Source: Elusimicrobiota bacterium
GTDB taxonomy: Bacteria > Elusimicrobiota > Elusimicrobia > F11
NCBI GenBank assembly: GCA_046153645.1
Contig: JBJXGI010000059.1
Location: 1 to 19,832, forward strand
Length of the DNA: 19,832 bases
Direction: 5' to 3'
Shown here: positions 7,950-17,220 of the stretch, in pieces
How positions within the stretch are numbered: position 1 is the first letter of the stretch
How the letters are laid out: each line of letters opens with the position of its first letter
The notes under the pieces: generated by a model
Told to the model about the DNA's origin: nothing
Seen by the model: the letters and a program-made list of their open reading frames with translations, nothing else
Databases searched by the model: none
Program-made: the position numbers and the translations under genes

Positions 7950-9531
7950 AAGAAATTTTAGTTCCTTTTCCTATTCCTTCAGATTCAGCCCAAATTTTCC
8001 CTTCGTGAGCTTCTACCCAAGCCTTAGCGATAGCTAACCCAAGGCCTGAGCCTTTGGCTTGGTGTTTACCTTGATAAAAACGATTGAATATTTTTTTTAG
8101 GTCGTCTGATTGTATTCCCCTTCCTTGATCTGATACAGAAAAAATCACAGAGTTTTGTATTTTCTTAAAACTGACAGATATATCGCCTGAGTTCGAAAAT
8201 TTAATGGCATTTGTAAGAATATTAGAAATGATTTGTTTTAGACGAACTTCATCAGCTGGAATGAATAAACTTGAATCTAACGAGAGTTGAAACTTGAGTC
8301 CTTTTTTTTCAACCGCTGGTAATAATAAGTTTATTATTGATCGTGTTACTTCTGAAAGATTTATATTTGTTTTGATTAATTGAAAACTTCCTTCTTGAAT
8401 TTGAGCTATGTTCAGCAAGTTAATAGTCAATTCTTCTAACCGCAGTGAATTACTTTTTATCATTTCGACATATTCTCTGAGTCGTTCCTGATTCAATGCA
8501 GGTTTTTTAATTTCTGTAGATAGTACTTCCAGTGCACCATCAATAGAAGAAAGAGGGCTTTTTATTTCATGGGTAAACCCAGCGGCCAGTTGCCCTTTTA
8601 ACCAAAACTCCTCCTTTGTTAAAAAAGCATAAATAAACGGACCCACGGATAACAGCAGTCCCGATATCAACATACTAAGTCCAAATTCAATGATGTTTCT
8701 CTTAGAGGCACCAAAATGGAAAACAGAAATTAATTTGGGAATAAATAAAGGAATCGTGATGGCAAATAACCCAATATAAATAAGTAAAAGAAGAATAATT
8801 TTTCGATTAACTAAATTAATTTGAAGAAATTGATATCGAATCATTGTATAAGCAATGATAGATAAGAATATCAGCATTGATATATGTCCTGTTACCCATT
8901 GGTTGAGACCTATACAAACCAGAAAATCATTAGCGCCTAAAACAGCGATTGAAAAACCAATAGTAAAATTTAAATATTGTCGTTTTTCTTCAGGGGCAAC
9001 AGAAGATTTATAAGTTATAAATATTTGTTTTAGTGATAGGTAAGTAAACGAAAAGAAAAATATCAACAGAGATGAAAAAAACAAAGGACCCATTAAATTT
9101 GTGGTAATTAGTTTGTTGAACTTCCCCCATTGGGTCAATTGAAGCACAAAAATATCATCAAAATAAAACGCATTCCATAAAGAAAAAATAATCCCAACAA
9201 TAAAGCCTAACATGGGTTTTATTTTAGGTTTCTTCTCTTTACTCCACACAACGGTAAAAAAATAAACGCTTGGCGCAATATAAGGAACAGAAAAAGTGTA
9301 ATTAAGGTATGCCCAAAATAAGCTTTGCGTATGAGAGGTTAATGACAAAACCATAAAAAAACTAAACTGCCATAAAAAGCACGTTAGTGTAATAAGGAAA
9401 AAAGATTGATTAAGCTTGGACTTAGGTTTATATAAAAGAACAATTAAACCAAGTACGGAACAAAGAATAGCCGCAGATAAATAATAAAGCCCTAAAAGGT
9501 TATATTGAAAAGTTTCCTGAATCCATTTCAT
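7933..9531 (-). CDS. Membrane sensor histidine kinase (HisKA_7TM-type polytopic sensor + HisKA + HATPase_c)
   Basis: About 300-aa polytopic N-terminus (KSKLNQSFF...LW; YTMIRYQFL). H-box THEIKSPL, N-box NILTNAIKF, G1 DQGRGI, F-box IFNRFYQ, G2 GSGLGL. Confidence 0.92.
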   Translation of the reverse strand: MKWIQETFQYNLLGLYYLSAAILCSVLGLIVLLYKPKSKLNQSFFLITLTCFLWQFSFFMVLSLTSHTQSLFWAYLNYTFSVPYIAPSVYFFTVVWSKEKKPKIKPMLGFIVGIIFSLWNAFYFDDIFVLQLTQWGKFNKLITTNLMGPLFFSSLLIFFFSFTYLSLKQIFITYKSSVAPEEKRQYLNFTIGFSIAVLGANDFLVCIGLNQWVTGHISMLIFLSIIAYTMIRYQFLQINLVNRKIILLLLIYIGLFAITIPLFIPKLISVFHFGASKRNIIEFGLSMLISGLLLSVGPFIYAFLTKEEFWLKGQLAAGFTHEIKSPLSSIDGALEVLSTEIKKPALNQERLREYVEMIKSNSLRLEELTINLLNIAQIQEGSFQLIKTNINLSEVTRSIINLLLPAVEKKGLKFQLSLDSSLFIPADEVRLKQIISNILTNAIKFSNSGDISVSFKKIQNSVIFSVSDQGRGIQSDDLKKIFNRFYQGKHQAKGSGLGLAIAKAWVEAHEGKIWAESEGIGKGTKISFTLPV

Positions 9532-9551
9532 AAGTAAACATGACCCTTAAA

Positions 9552-9586
9552 TTAAAAACCCCCGCTCTGAAAAAAGAGCGGGGGTT
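9552..9586 (-). terminator. Intrinsic terminator after the FadL-family gene
   Basis: 12-bp perfect stem AACCCCCGCTCT / AGAGCGGGGGTT (9557-9568 and 9575-9586) with a 6-nt loop. On the minus strand it runs into TTTTTAATTT. Confidence 0.85.
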
Positions 9587-9617
9587 GAATGATAATGAAT
9601 AAACCCTTTCTAGGGAA

Positions 9618-10895
9618 CTAGTTCCCTCCCCAACGGTGGGAGAGACCAATAGAGACAATATTAATCATTGTTTCGAATTTGCCATCTTGAGATGAAAGTG
9701 CGTTTCCTGCATTGTTATCAAAACTTCTATCATTAAAGAAGTCAGCAACATATGAAAAATCAAGATTGGTATTACCCCATTTATATCCCGCTCCAGTTGT
9801 AAGTGCTACACGTCCAGAATCAGGAAGAGACGCTTCCAAGGTTTTTGATGGAATGACGCGCTCGTAGGCTAAAACCCCACCTCTTAAACTTAGTTTTTCA
9901 TTGGGTTTATATTCTGTGCCAATAGCAACATTGTTTGAACTTTGCCAGTCTCGGTTAATCGTATGAGTCAAATTGGCATTGTCGTTTTTATATTGAAAGT
10001 TTGTTTGCTTGACGACAGTCCAGTCTGCCCATTCATAATCCGCAAAAATAGTCCACCTATCGGTTGGTTTAAATCCATAGCCGAATGTCCATGTTTGAGG
10101 AAATGAAAATTCTGTTTTGGTGTCCGATTTAAAAGAAGTGCCACCAAAAAGAAAAGCTGCAGTTGGGCCAAGATTTGTCAGTTCTGTTTCACCTTCAATA
10201 GGAACTTTTACTTGGCTACGATAAGAAACTCCAAAGGAGTGCTTTTCATTTGCTTTAAATAATAATCCGGCATTATACCCCCAAGCATCACCATCACCTG
10301 TGATTTTTCCATTACCATCAGTTTCAACTCCAGGGTTAAAATTTACTTTCTGATTTAATTCAGTGTCATAAATATTAAAGTAATCAACCCCAACACCCAG
10401 AGAAACCTTATCATCAAAAGCATACGAAACGGTAGGATTAATCATGTACATTAATAACTTTGACTCAGTCGCATAATATTTAGAAAAACTTGTGTCTTTC
10501 CATTCAGTAACCAATCCATAAGGAGAATTGATACCCAAACCAAAGGCCCAAGGGCTTTCTGTTCTGGAAAAAGAAGCATAAAAATAAGGAACAATAGGAA
10601 CATTAGAATCCATTTTGTCTTTGACTCCAGTCGCTTTCGCTGTATGTTCGGTATTGATGTCTAAATATGCCCCTCCATACTGAATATTGAATCCTTTTAC
10701 ATTTACCAAGCCCGCCGGATTAAAAAATACAGCCGATGGATCATCCGCAACACCAACAAACGAATAACCGTGCCCCGTAACTTTTGCGGAAGTTCCGGAT
10801 TGGTTACTAAGTGCTCCGGAACCTAGTGCGTGAATGTTACTACCACGCAAAAACAAAAGACCAACTGAAACTAGAATTATTCTTTTTACAATCAT
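9618..10895 (-). CDS. OmpP1/FadL/TodX-family outer-membrane channel for hydrophobic molecules
   Basis: Signal peptide ending IHA. Hatch region with VADDPSAVFFNPAGL (conserved NPA). WAFGLGINSPYGL, INPTVSY, SLGVG, WGYNAG, FGVSYRS and LPDSGR strands. Strong SD GGAGG. Confidence 0.92.
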   Translation of the reverse strand: MIVKRIILVSVGLLFLRGSNIHALGSGALSNQSGTSAKVTGHGYSFVGVADDPSAVFFNPAGLVNVKGFNIQYGGAYLDINTEHTAKATGVKDKMDSNVPIVPYFYASFSRTESPWAFGLGINSPYGLVTEWKDTSFSKYYATESKLLMYMINPTVSYAFDDKVSLGVGVDYFNIYDTELNQKVNFNPGVETDGNGKITGDGDAWGYNAGLLFKANEKHSFGVSYRSQVKVPIEGETELTNLGPTAAFLFGGTSFKSDTKTEFSFPQTWTFGYGFKPTDRWTIFADYEWADWTVVKQTNFQYKNDNANLTHTINRDWQSSNNVAIGTEYKPNEKLSLRGGVLAYERVIPSKTLEASLPDSGRVALTTGAGYKWGNTNLDFSYVADFFNDRSFDNNAGNALSSQDGKFETMINIVSIGLSHRWGGN

Positions 10896-10908
10896 TTTTT
10901 CCTCCTAT

Positions 10909-12339
10909 TTAGCTATAAACAAACCTAGATAATTTTCCTTTAATCATTGAAGAAATGTGAACAATGAGTTTTCTATCCTCTTCATTAAATAAATTTGATT
11001 TTTTTTTCTTACCCAAAACAAGTACTCCAATTAGATCATCTTTAAATATAATTGGGGCACATAAGTCAGCATTAAGCCATCGCATTGTTCTTCTCATTTT
11101 CCAGAAAGTAGTTTTAACTCCTGGCAATGATCTGTTCCCTAGTGAAGTGAGATCTTCTTCAATAATGATACCTTCTTTGAATAATCTTCTTTCGGTTAAG
11201 AGGGTTTTAATTAGAAAGTCATTATGATCAATTTTCACCCCCACTTTATTTACAGGTAAGTCTTTGAAATTGTTACTAGGTGAAAAAACATATTTTGTTG
11301 TTTGATTTATCCATACGCCTATTCCAGCATGATTAACATCCCAAATTCGTTTTAAATGCATTGATAGTGTCTCACAAAAGTTAACTATAGAATCTGTTTT
11401 TTCAAGATCTAACAGCAAAGATCCAATTAATTCATTCATATCCGGTGTTTTAAAAATTACTCTATCAACAAAGTTAATAATACTTTTTCGAATGAATCCA
11501 AAAAACATAACAGATAAGCTAGTAATAATTAAACTTAATAATCCGGTTTGAATATGAAGCTTACGACTGACACTGGTTTCAATAAAATAAAAGAAAAGAA
11601 TAAAGGAAGAAAAAACAATAATAAACGAAATTCCAAAAACAATTCCCCATCTGACCAATAAATTGAAATCCATCAAACGATAGATCAGTATGGAATATCC
11701 AACCATGAAAACGTAAACAGTTGTTAAGGGGACCCCAAACGGAAAAAGAGGGATATTATATACTGGAAAAAAAGCAGTACTGCCACCGCCAAACCCAATA
11801 GCAGTTCCAATAAATAAGTATAGAATTTGTCGTCTTTGTAAACCTTCGGATTTTTTAAACGCTCGAAATAAGTGTATATGCGAGAAAATAACACATAAAG
11901 AAAAATATGCGGAATAAATATTATAGTAAGACCCAGGTGAGGTGTAAAAATTGAATGGTGGCTTAGGAATCGCAACTGAGAGTTGTCCCATGAAATTTAA
12001 GCCAAGAAACAGGAAACAGAAAAAGTAATTTAAAAACAAAACCCGAGAGAATTTTTTAGCCAATTGTAAAAAATCTAATGAAAAATGAAGAAAGAAAGAA
12101 GGAATAAAAATTGCGCCAATGTAATGAATTTTAATCCAAAAGTTAGCTTCTACCTCAGAAGATGATACTGTCATTAATCCTAATCCGAGACTCCAAAAAG
12201 AAACTGCAAAACAAAAAAAACTCCATATTGTAACAGGGGTTGATTTTAATGCTTTCCATCTATTAATTAAGATTAGCAATCCAAATAAAAAACTAATTAG
12301 AGAAGTAATCTCACAAATAATAGAAAATAATTTAAGCAT
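10909..12339 (-). CDS. HisKA_7TM-type membrane sensor + GAF-like domain, no kinase or other output domain
   Basis: WSFFCFAVSFWSLG, FIPSFFLHF, GFGGGSTAFFPVYNIP and YSILIYRLMD in the membrane part. FVDRVIF linker. C-terminal GAF-like LCAPIIFKDDLIGVLVLGKKKKSNLFNEEDRKLI, then stop. No H-box or G-boxes. Overlaps the upstream gene by 8 bp. Confidence 0.8.
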   Translation of the reverse strand: MLKLFSIICEITSLISFLFGLLILINRWKALKSTPVTIWSFFCFAVSFWSLGLGLMTVSSSEVEANFWIKIHYIGAIFIPSFFLHFSLDFLQLAKKFSRVLFLNYFFCFLFLGLNFMGQLSVAIPKPPFNFYTSPGSYYNIYSAYFSLCVIFSHIHLFRAFKKSEGLQRRQILYLFIGTAIGFGGGSTAFFPVYNIPLFPFGVPLTTVYVFMVGYSILIYRLMDFNLLVRWGIVFGISFIIVFSSFILFFYFIETSVSRKLHIQTGLLSLIITSLSVMFFGFIRKSIINFVDRVIFKTPDMNELIGSLLLDLEKTDSIVNFCETLSMHLKRIWDVNHAGIGVWINQTTKYVFSPSNNFKDLPVNKVGVKIDHNDFLIKTLLTERRLFKEGIIIEEDLTSLGNRSLPGVKTTFWKMRRTMRWLNADLCAPIIFKDDLIGVLVLGKKKKSNLFNEEDRKLIVHISSMIKGKLSRFVYS

Positions 12340-14005
12340 TATTGTTTATAGGTTTATTTCTTCCAAGTAACTCATGGGCCAATACATATGTCCCATTTAC
12401 AATAGCTGCGCAAATGCTTATTTCGCCAGCAAGAGCGGTAACAGTAATTATTTCGGCGAGCTTTTTGGCCTTATTTTCTCCTAAACAGTCCATCAAACTT
12501 AAACATTCTGCAGCAGTTTTCAACGATGTCCCTCCTCCGACAGTGCCTATAAGTAAACTACTAAGGTATACACTAAAATACATATCACCAGATGCGGTCA
12601 CCTCACATGTACTTATTCCGATGTGAGAATTAGCAACAGAAGCAACATCCTGTCCAGTTGCAATAAAAATTGCAGTAATTGCATTAGAAAAATGTCCATT
12701 TGCCCCAATCATTCCAGCATGACTATCTGATAATAAAGTTCTGTAAACATATCGTTGCATTTTCTCTGGTGTAGTATTTAATAAAGAGATTACTTTTCTG
12801 GGGATTGTCACTTCTGCTGTTACAGTTTTTCCGTATCCACTTATTAATCCGTTAAAAGTAGCTTTTTTATTTGCATTAAAATTTGAGCGTAACCAAAACT
12901 CCTCAGGTTTAACCGTATTAACAATTTTCTTACAAACAGCATCAGTTGCTTTGCAAGCCATATTCATTCCCATAGCATCCGAAGTCGAATAATGAAAATT
13001 GGCATTTACTTTTCTGCCATCAAGAATAGTTTCAATTTTTATCAATTTCAAATATTTACTGGTATTTTCAGCTGTTTCTTTCAGAATTAAAAAATTTATT
13101 TTCAACCATTTACTGAAAGCTTCAGCTTCAAAAAGATTTTTAAAAACAAAAATAGGTCCAATTTTTAACTCATCCCTATTAATTTTTACATTCGCTCCGC
13201 CAGAACGAGCAATAATGTGTGCACCTAATGAATATGAAGTAATTAATGCCCCCTCAGTAGTTGCCATAGGAACAAAAAACTGACCTTTTGCATGATCTCC
13301 ATTTACAAATAAAGGTCCTATTACACCGACTGGGATTTGAACTGCACCAATGGGGTTTTCAATTTTTCCTCGTAAACTTTGAGAAGAATCCACAAAGTTT
13401 CCAATGTTTGACAATGAGCAGCTTTCGGAAGTTTCTAACCAACTTCTTAAAGAAGAGATCGATTCATCCGAATAGTCATTTAACTTTAAAACAGGAGGAA
13501 TTGCTTTTTGCTTATTTCGTTTAATTTTCGCTGGCAGCTTGCTTAAAATATAATCAAAACGTCTTTCGTTTTTTCTTTGTTCGAGAGTTGATATTTTTAG
13601 AAATTCTCGTCTTTCTTTTAATCTTCTCTCTCTAATTGGGTCCATTTCGCCATTTTCGGTAAAGTTATTAATAAAATCTCGCCAAGCCTCAGGGATTTTT
13701 CGAAATTTAAAACCACATTTTAATTTTTCAGATGAGTACCACGTTAAAAGCGCTGATAAGTTAAACTTCAAAGAACCAGCATTAATTTCGATTATACATT
13801 CAGAGAAATTTTTACTGGGAATAGGTGAATCTATTGAACATCCTAATCCAAAAAGATTAATAGAAATACATTTTCCGGAAAATTCAATTTTTTTCATATC
13901 GAATTTAATGGATATTTTCACTGGATATGAAACTTTGTACCTCTTCTTATTTTGGAAAAAAAGATATTCTGAATTTAAAGGGTCATTGTTAGTGTTTGTT
14001 GCCAT
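12332..14005 (-). CDS. N-terminal PilZ-like domain fused to a class I HMG-CoA reductase-like domain
   Basis: HMGR motifs ENPIG, PMATTEG, DAMGMNM, GQD, GTVGGGT, AGEIS...HELLGR. The first ~115 aa have a PilZ pattern (KRYKVSYPV...GKCISINLFGLG...ALLTW...CGFKF), followed by an ERRLKERR...QRKNERR linker. Confidence 0.88.
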   Translation of the reverse strand: MATNTNNDPLNSEYLFFQNKKRYKVSYPVKISIKFDMKKIEFSGKCISINLFGLGCSIDSPIPSKNFSECIIEINAGSLKFNLSALLTWYSSEKLKCGFKFRKIPEAWRDFINNFTENGEMDPIRERRLKERREFLKISTLEQRKNERRFDYILSKLPAKIKRNKQKAIPPVLKLNDYSDESISSLRSWLETSESCSLSNIGNFVDSSQSLRGKIENPIGAVQIPVGVIGPLFVNGDHAKGQFFVPMATTEGALITSYSLGAHIIARSGGANVKINRDELKIGPIFVFKNLFEAEAFSKWLKINFLILKETAENTSKYLKLIKIETILDGRKVNANFHYSTSDAMGMNMACKATDAVCKKIVNTVKPEEFWLRSNFNANKKATFNGLISGYGKTVTAEVTIPRKVISLLNTTPEKMQRYVYRTLLSDSHAGMIGANGHFSNAITAIFIATGQDVASVANSHIGISTCEVTASGDMYFSVYLSSLLIGTVGGGTSLKTAAECLSLMDCLGENKAKKLAEIITVTALAGEISICAAIVNGTYVLAHELLGRNKPINNNA

Positions 14006-14064
14006 ATTATTTTATTTTCCTGTGTTTCATTAATTCAAGAAAATTTTAACCTATTAAAGGATGA

Positions 14065-15687
14065 TTAAAAAGCGGAAATTTGCTGATAACTAGGTATTTT
14101 GAATAAAATCCTGCTCCCATTTTGAAAGGCTTCATCCACCCAAATTTTACCACTATGCGCCTCAATCCAAGACTTTGCCACGGCTAAGCCAATTCCAGCT
14201 CCTTTAACAGAATTCTTTCCTTGAAAAAACGGGTTAAACACCTTTCCAATATCGCTTTTAGGAATTCCGATGCCTTCATCTTCTATTGAGAATGTTAAAT
14301 AGTCGTCTCTAAGATCAGCGTTGATACTAATCTTGCCTTTAGAAGGTGTGAATTTCAATGCATTTGATAATAAATTGGAAATAACTATTTTTATTTTGTC
14401 AGGGTCTAAAAACACTTTTTCTGAAAGAATTTTTTCATAGATTATCTTTATATTTTTTTGCTCTGCTAAAGGTAAGTAGGTAACTAAAACTTCTTTAATG
14501 AGTAAATCAAATTCAATCCATTCTTTTTTAACGGTAACGTGAGAATTGGTTATTTGAGCTAGCCTAAGTAAATCGGTTATGAAAAATTCTAAACGACGGG
14601 TATTATTTTCAATGATTTTTAAATAATCTGAAACAAGATGGTTTTCTTTTAAATCAGCGGTTTTTATCATTTGAATTGCCCCTTGAATTGTTCCCAGTGG
14701 ACTTTTTAATTCGTGAACCAAACCTGTTGAGTGGTTCATTTTTAACCAAAAGTTATTTCGCTGTATTAATGTGTAAATATATGGACCCAGAGAAAAAATT
14801 GCCCCAAAGAACACGCTTAAGATTAATATCTTGATAATTAAAGGGAGAGATATTCCACCTACACCAGAGCGTACATAGAAGATCGATATGGGAACGGCTA
14901 AAGTTAATAAAAAACTATAAACAAAAAACACAATAGAAAGTTTTCTAACCAAACCGGACAAGTCTAGAAAACTACTCTGGATAATTTGTCTAGCAATAAT
15001 AAAAAAATAAATACCTAAAGATATATAGCCAGAAGCATAAATAGGTACTTTATGGGCCACCAGATAATCTGTTCCTCCGGTATAAGCAATGAAAATACCA
15101 ACTAAATATATTTTTAACGTTCTTCGTTCATCTGTAGATTCAGCTTTTTTCAAATCTTTCAATAGATCAACCACAATAAGAATAAAGCCACCGAACATGT
15201 TGAGGTACAATAAAATCTCATAAATTGAAGCCATGAGGTTGTCACGATATATAGGGAATCTTCCCCATGTTAATTGATTAAAATCAATCATGTGTTCATT
15301 TCCCCTAATCATCCAAGCCATTAAAAAAAATGAAACCATAAAGTCGATCAATATGAACTTATTGTTACGAGTTCTTCCCGAAATAACACAGGTAAAATAA
15401 TAGAATCCAAGTGAAATGAACGGGATCCCAAAGGTATAACCCAATTTAAACCAAAACCTCGCTTGAATATTTGTTTCGACTAAAGAAATCATTCCAAAAC
15501 AAAAACACCAAATAAAGGTTGGAATGGTGGCGACAAAAAATGATCTATTTATTTTTGACTTATGTCCCCCTAATAACACAATTAAACCGGCAGATAAATC
15601 AAAAATAGCAACTGCTACAACTAAGAAGCCATGAATATTAAATCTGAAATAACTTTGAAGTGCCAAAAGTAAATTTTCCATGTTCAT
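14065..15687 (-). CDS. Membrane sensor histidine kinase (HisKA_7TM-type + HisKA + HATPase_c)
   Basis: Polytopic N-terminus (KSKINRSFF...IW; GGTDYL). VHELKSPL, NLLSNALKF, DEGIGI, VFNPFFQ, GAGIGL. ATG 15687 overlaps the upstream TAA (TAATG) and is preferred over TTG 15708. Confidence 0.92.
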   Translation of the reverse strand: MNMENLLLALQSYFRFNIHGFLVVAVAIFDLSAGLIVLLGGHKSKINRSFFVATIPTFIWCFCFGMISLVETNIQARFWFKLGYTFGIPFISLGFYYFTCVISGRTRNNKFILIDFMVSFFLMAWMIRGNEHMIDFNQLTWGRFPIYRDNLMASIYEILLYLNMFGGFILIVVDLLKDLKKAESTDERRTLKIYLVGIFIAYTGGTDYLVAHKVPIYASGYISLGIYFFIIARQIIQSSFLDLSGLVRKLSIVFFVYSFLLTLAVPISIFYVRSGVGGISLPLIIKILILSVFFGAIFSLGPYIYTLIQRNNFWLKMNHSTGLVHELKSPLGTIQGAIQMIKTADLKENHLVSDYLKIIENNTRRLEFFITDLLRLAQITNSHVTVKKEWIEFDLLIKEVLVTYLPLAEQKNIKIIYEKILSEKVFLDPDKIKIVISNLLSNALKFTPSKGKISINADLRDDYLTFSIEDEGIGIPKSDIGKVFNPFFQGKNSVKGAGIGLAVAKSWIEAHSGKIWVDEAFQNGSRILFKIPSYQQISAF

Positions 15688-17220
15688 TAAATCGGCAACG
15701 TAAACCAAAACGTCGCCCCCTTCCCCACTCCCTCTGAGTCGGCAAAGATCTCTCCACCGTGGGCTTCTATCCAGGTTTTGGCGATGGTAAGACCGATGCC
15801 ACTGCCTTTGGAGTTTTTATTGTTTTTACCACGATAGAAACGGTCAAAAACATAAGGCAAATCAATGTGATCAATACCAATTCCTGTATCAATAACTGAA
15901 ACAATTAACTTATCCTTATCACACTTGGTTTCTATTGATATTTTTCCAGAATCTGTAAATTTTATGGCGTTAGATAATAAATTAGAGATAACCAGCTCTA
16001 GTTTATTTTCATCTGCTTTTACGAGAAGTTTATTTGATTGGTCCTTTATTTGAAGTTGGATATTTTTTTTGTTTTGCAAGAGATTCATATTGAGGAATTA
16101 ATTTTTCAATGACGGTTGAAATTTCAACATCATGGAAATTTTCTTCACACATTTTTTGATTTGGCTGATATATCTGGAGAAGCGATTGAACATAATCTGT
16201 TAAACGGTCCGAATTTTTTTGAATCATTTCTATATATTCTTCTTTATTGCCTTGGTGATGTTTAATCATATCTAGTGCGCCATGAATGGCTGAGAGTGGG
16301 CTTTTGAGTTCATGCGTTAAAGCAGAAAAATCCCCTTCTTGAAAGTATTGGTTGCGTTTAATTAAATAAGCGTAAATAAATGGTCCCGTTGAAAGAACAC
16401 AGGCAACCATAATAATTTCAAAGAAAAAAAGTGAAAAAGGCATATAAAGAGTAGAAATTATTTTTTTATGCAAGAGATACACAACTGGAATTGAAACAAG
16501 AATTAAACCAATGTAAAGGATGATCCCCAAAGTAGCTCTTCTGAGAAAAATTCGAACATCCAAAAGACTATACTTCAAAATGGCATAAGCCATAATAATG
16601 GGATAAATGCCTAATAAAAAATTTCCATAGGGGTAAATATCAACATAAAAATTGGGAAGGAAACATAAAAAACCACCGAAATAACCAATAGAAGTCGCAA
16701 TAAGAAAATACTTAATTTGTGTTCTTTTTCTAAAGGAAACCTTTCGCATTGAAACAAAGAGCTTGTATTGACACAGTAATATGAGGCCTGCCCACCACAA
16801 GAAGAAAACAGGGAAAAGGATTCCCATCCGGGCATAAAAAAATTCACCAAAAAGAAGTTCCGTTTTGTTAAAGAAGTATTGAGTTGGAAGCAACAATAAG
16901 AAAAATAAAGCAATCAGATAGTGAGTTATAACTAAGCTTGTTTTTGACTTTTCTATAAATACGCTAACAAAATGATAAAAAAGAGGTGAAATCCAAATAA
17001 CGCCTAAAGCATATGCCAAAGTACAATAGCGCATGCCCAATTCAGAATTAATAGAGTTACTTCCGATAAAATAACTACCAATTCCCCAGCTTGAGGCAGC
17101 AATTGTAAAAACAAACCACAACTTCCCAACCAATTCATTTCTGCTTTTTAAATATACCAAGAATCCAAATATTAAATTTGAAATCGCGCCGAATACGCCA
17201 GACAAGGCAAAAGCTGTCAT
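15687..17220 (-). pseudogene. HisKA_7TM-type histidine kinase split by a +1 frameshift in an A8 tract
   Basis: ORF 16030-17220 has the TM sensor and H-box THELKSPL but no ATPase domain. ORF 15687-16088 is the HATPase (NLLSNAIKF, DTGIGI, GSGIGL). Removing one A from the T8 run at 16063-16070 gives YESLAKQKNIQLQIK and a single 510-aa kinase. Confidence 0.88.

Noticed and set aside
12332..14005. Assigning hmgA/mvaA and a housekeeping mevalonate role
   Set aside because: No other mevalonate genes lie in the window, HMG-binding residues appear changed, and there is an extra N-terminal domain. The gene symbol is withheld, though the role is not excluded.
15687..16088. Standalone 133-aa HATPase gene
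   Set aside because: Better explained as the C-terminal half of the 17220-start kinase after a single-base frameshift.
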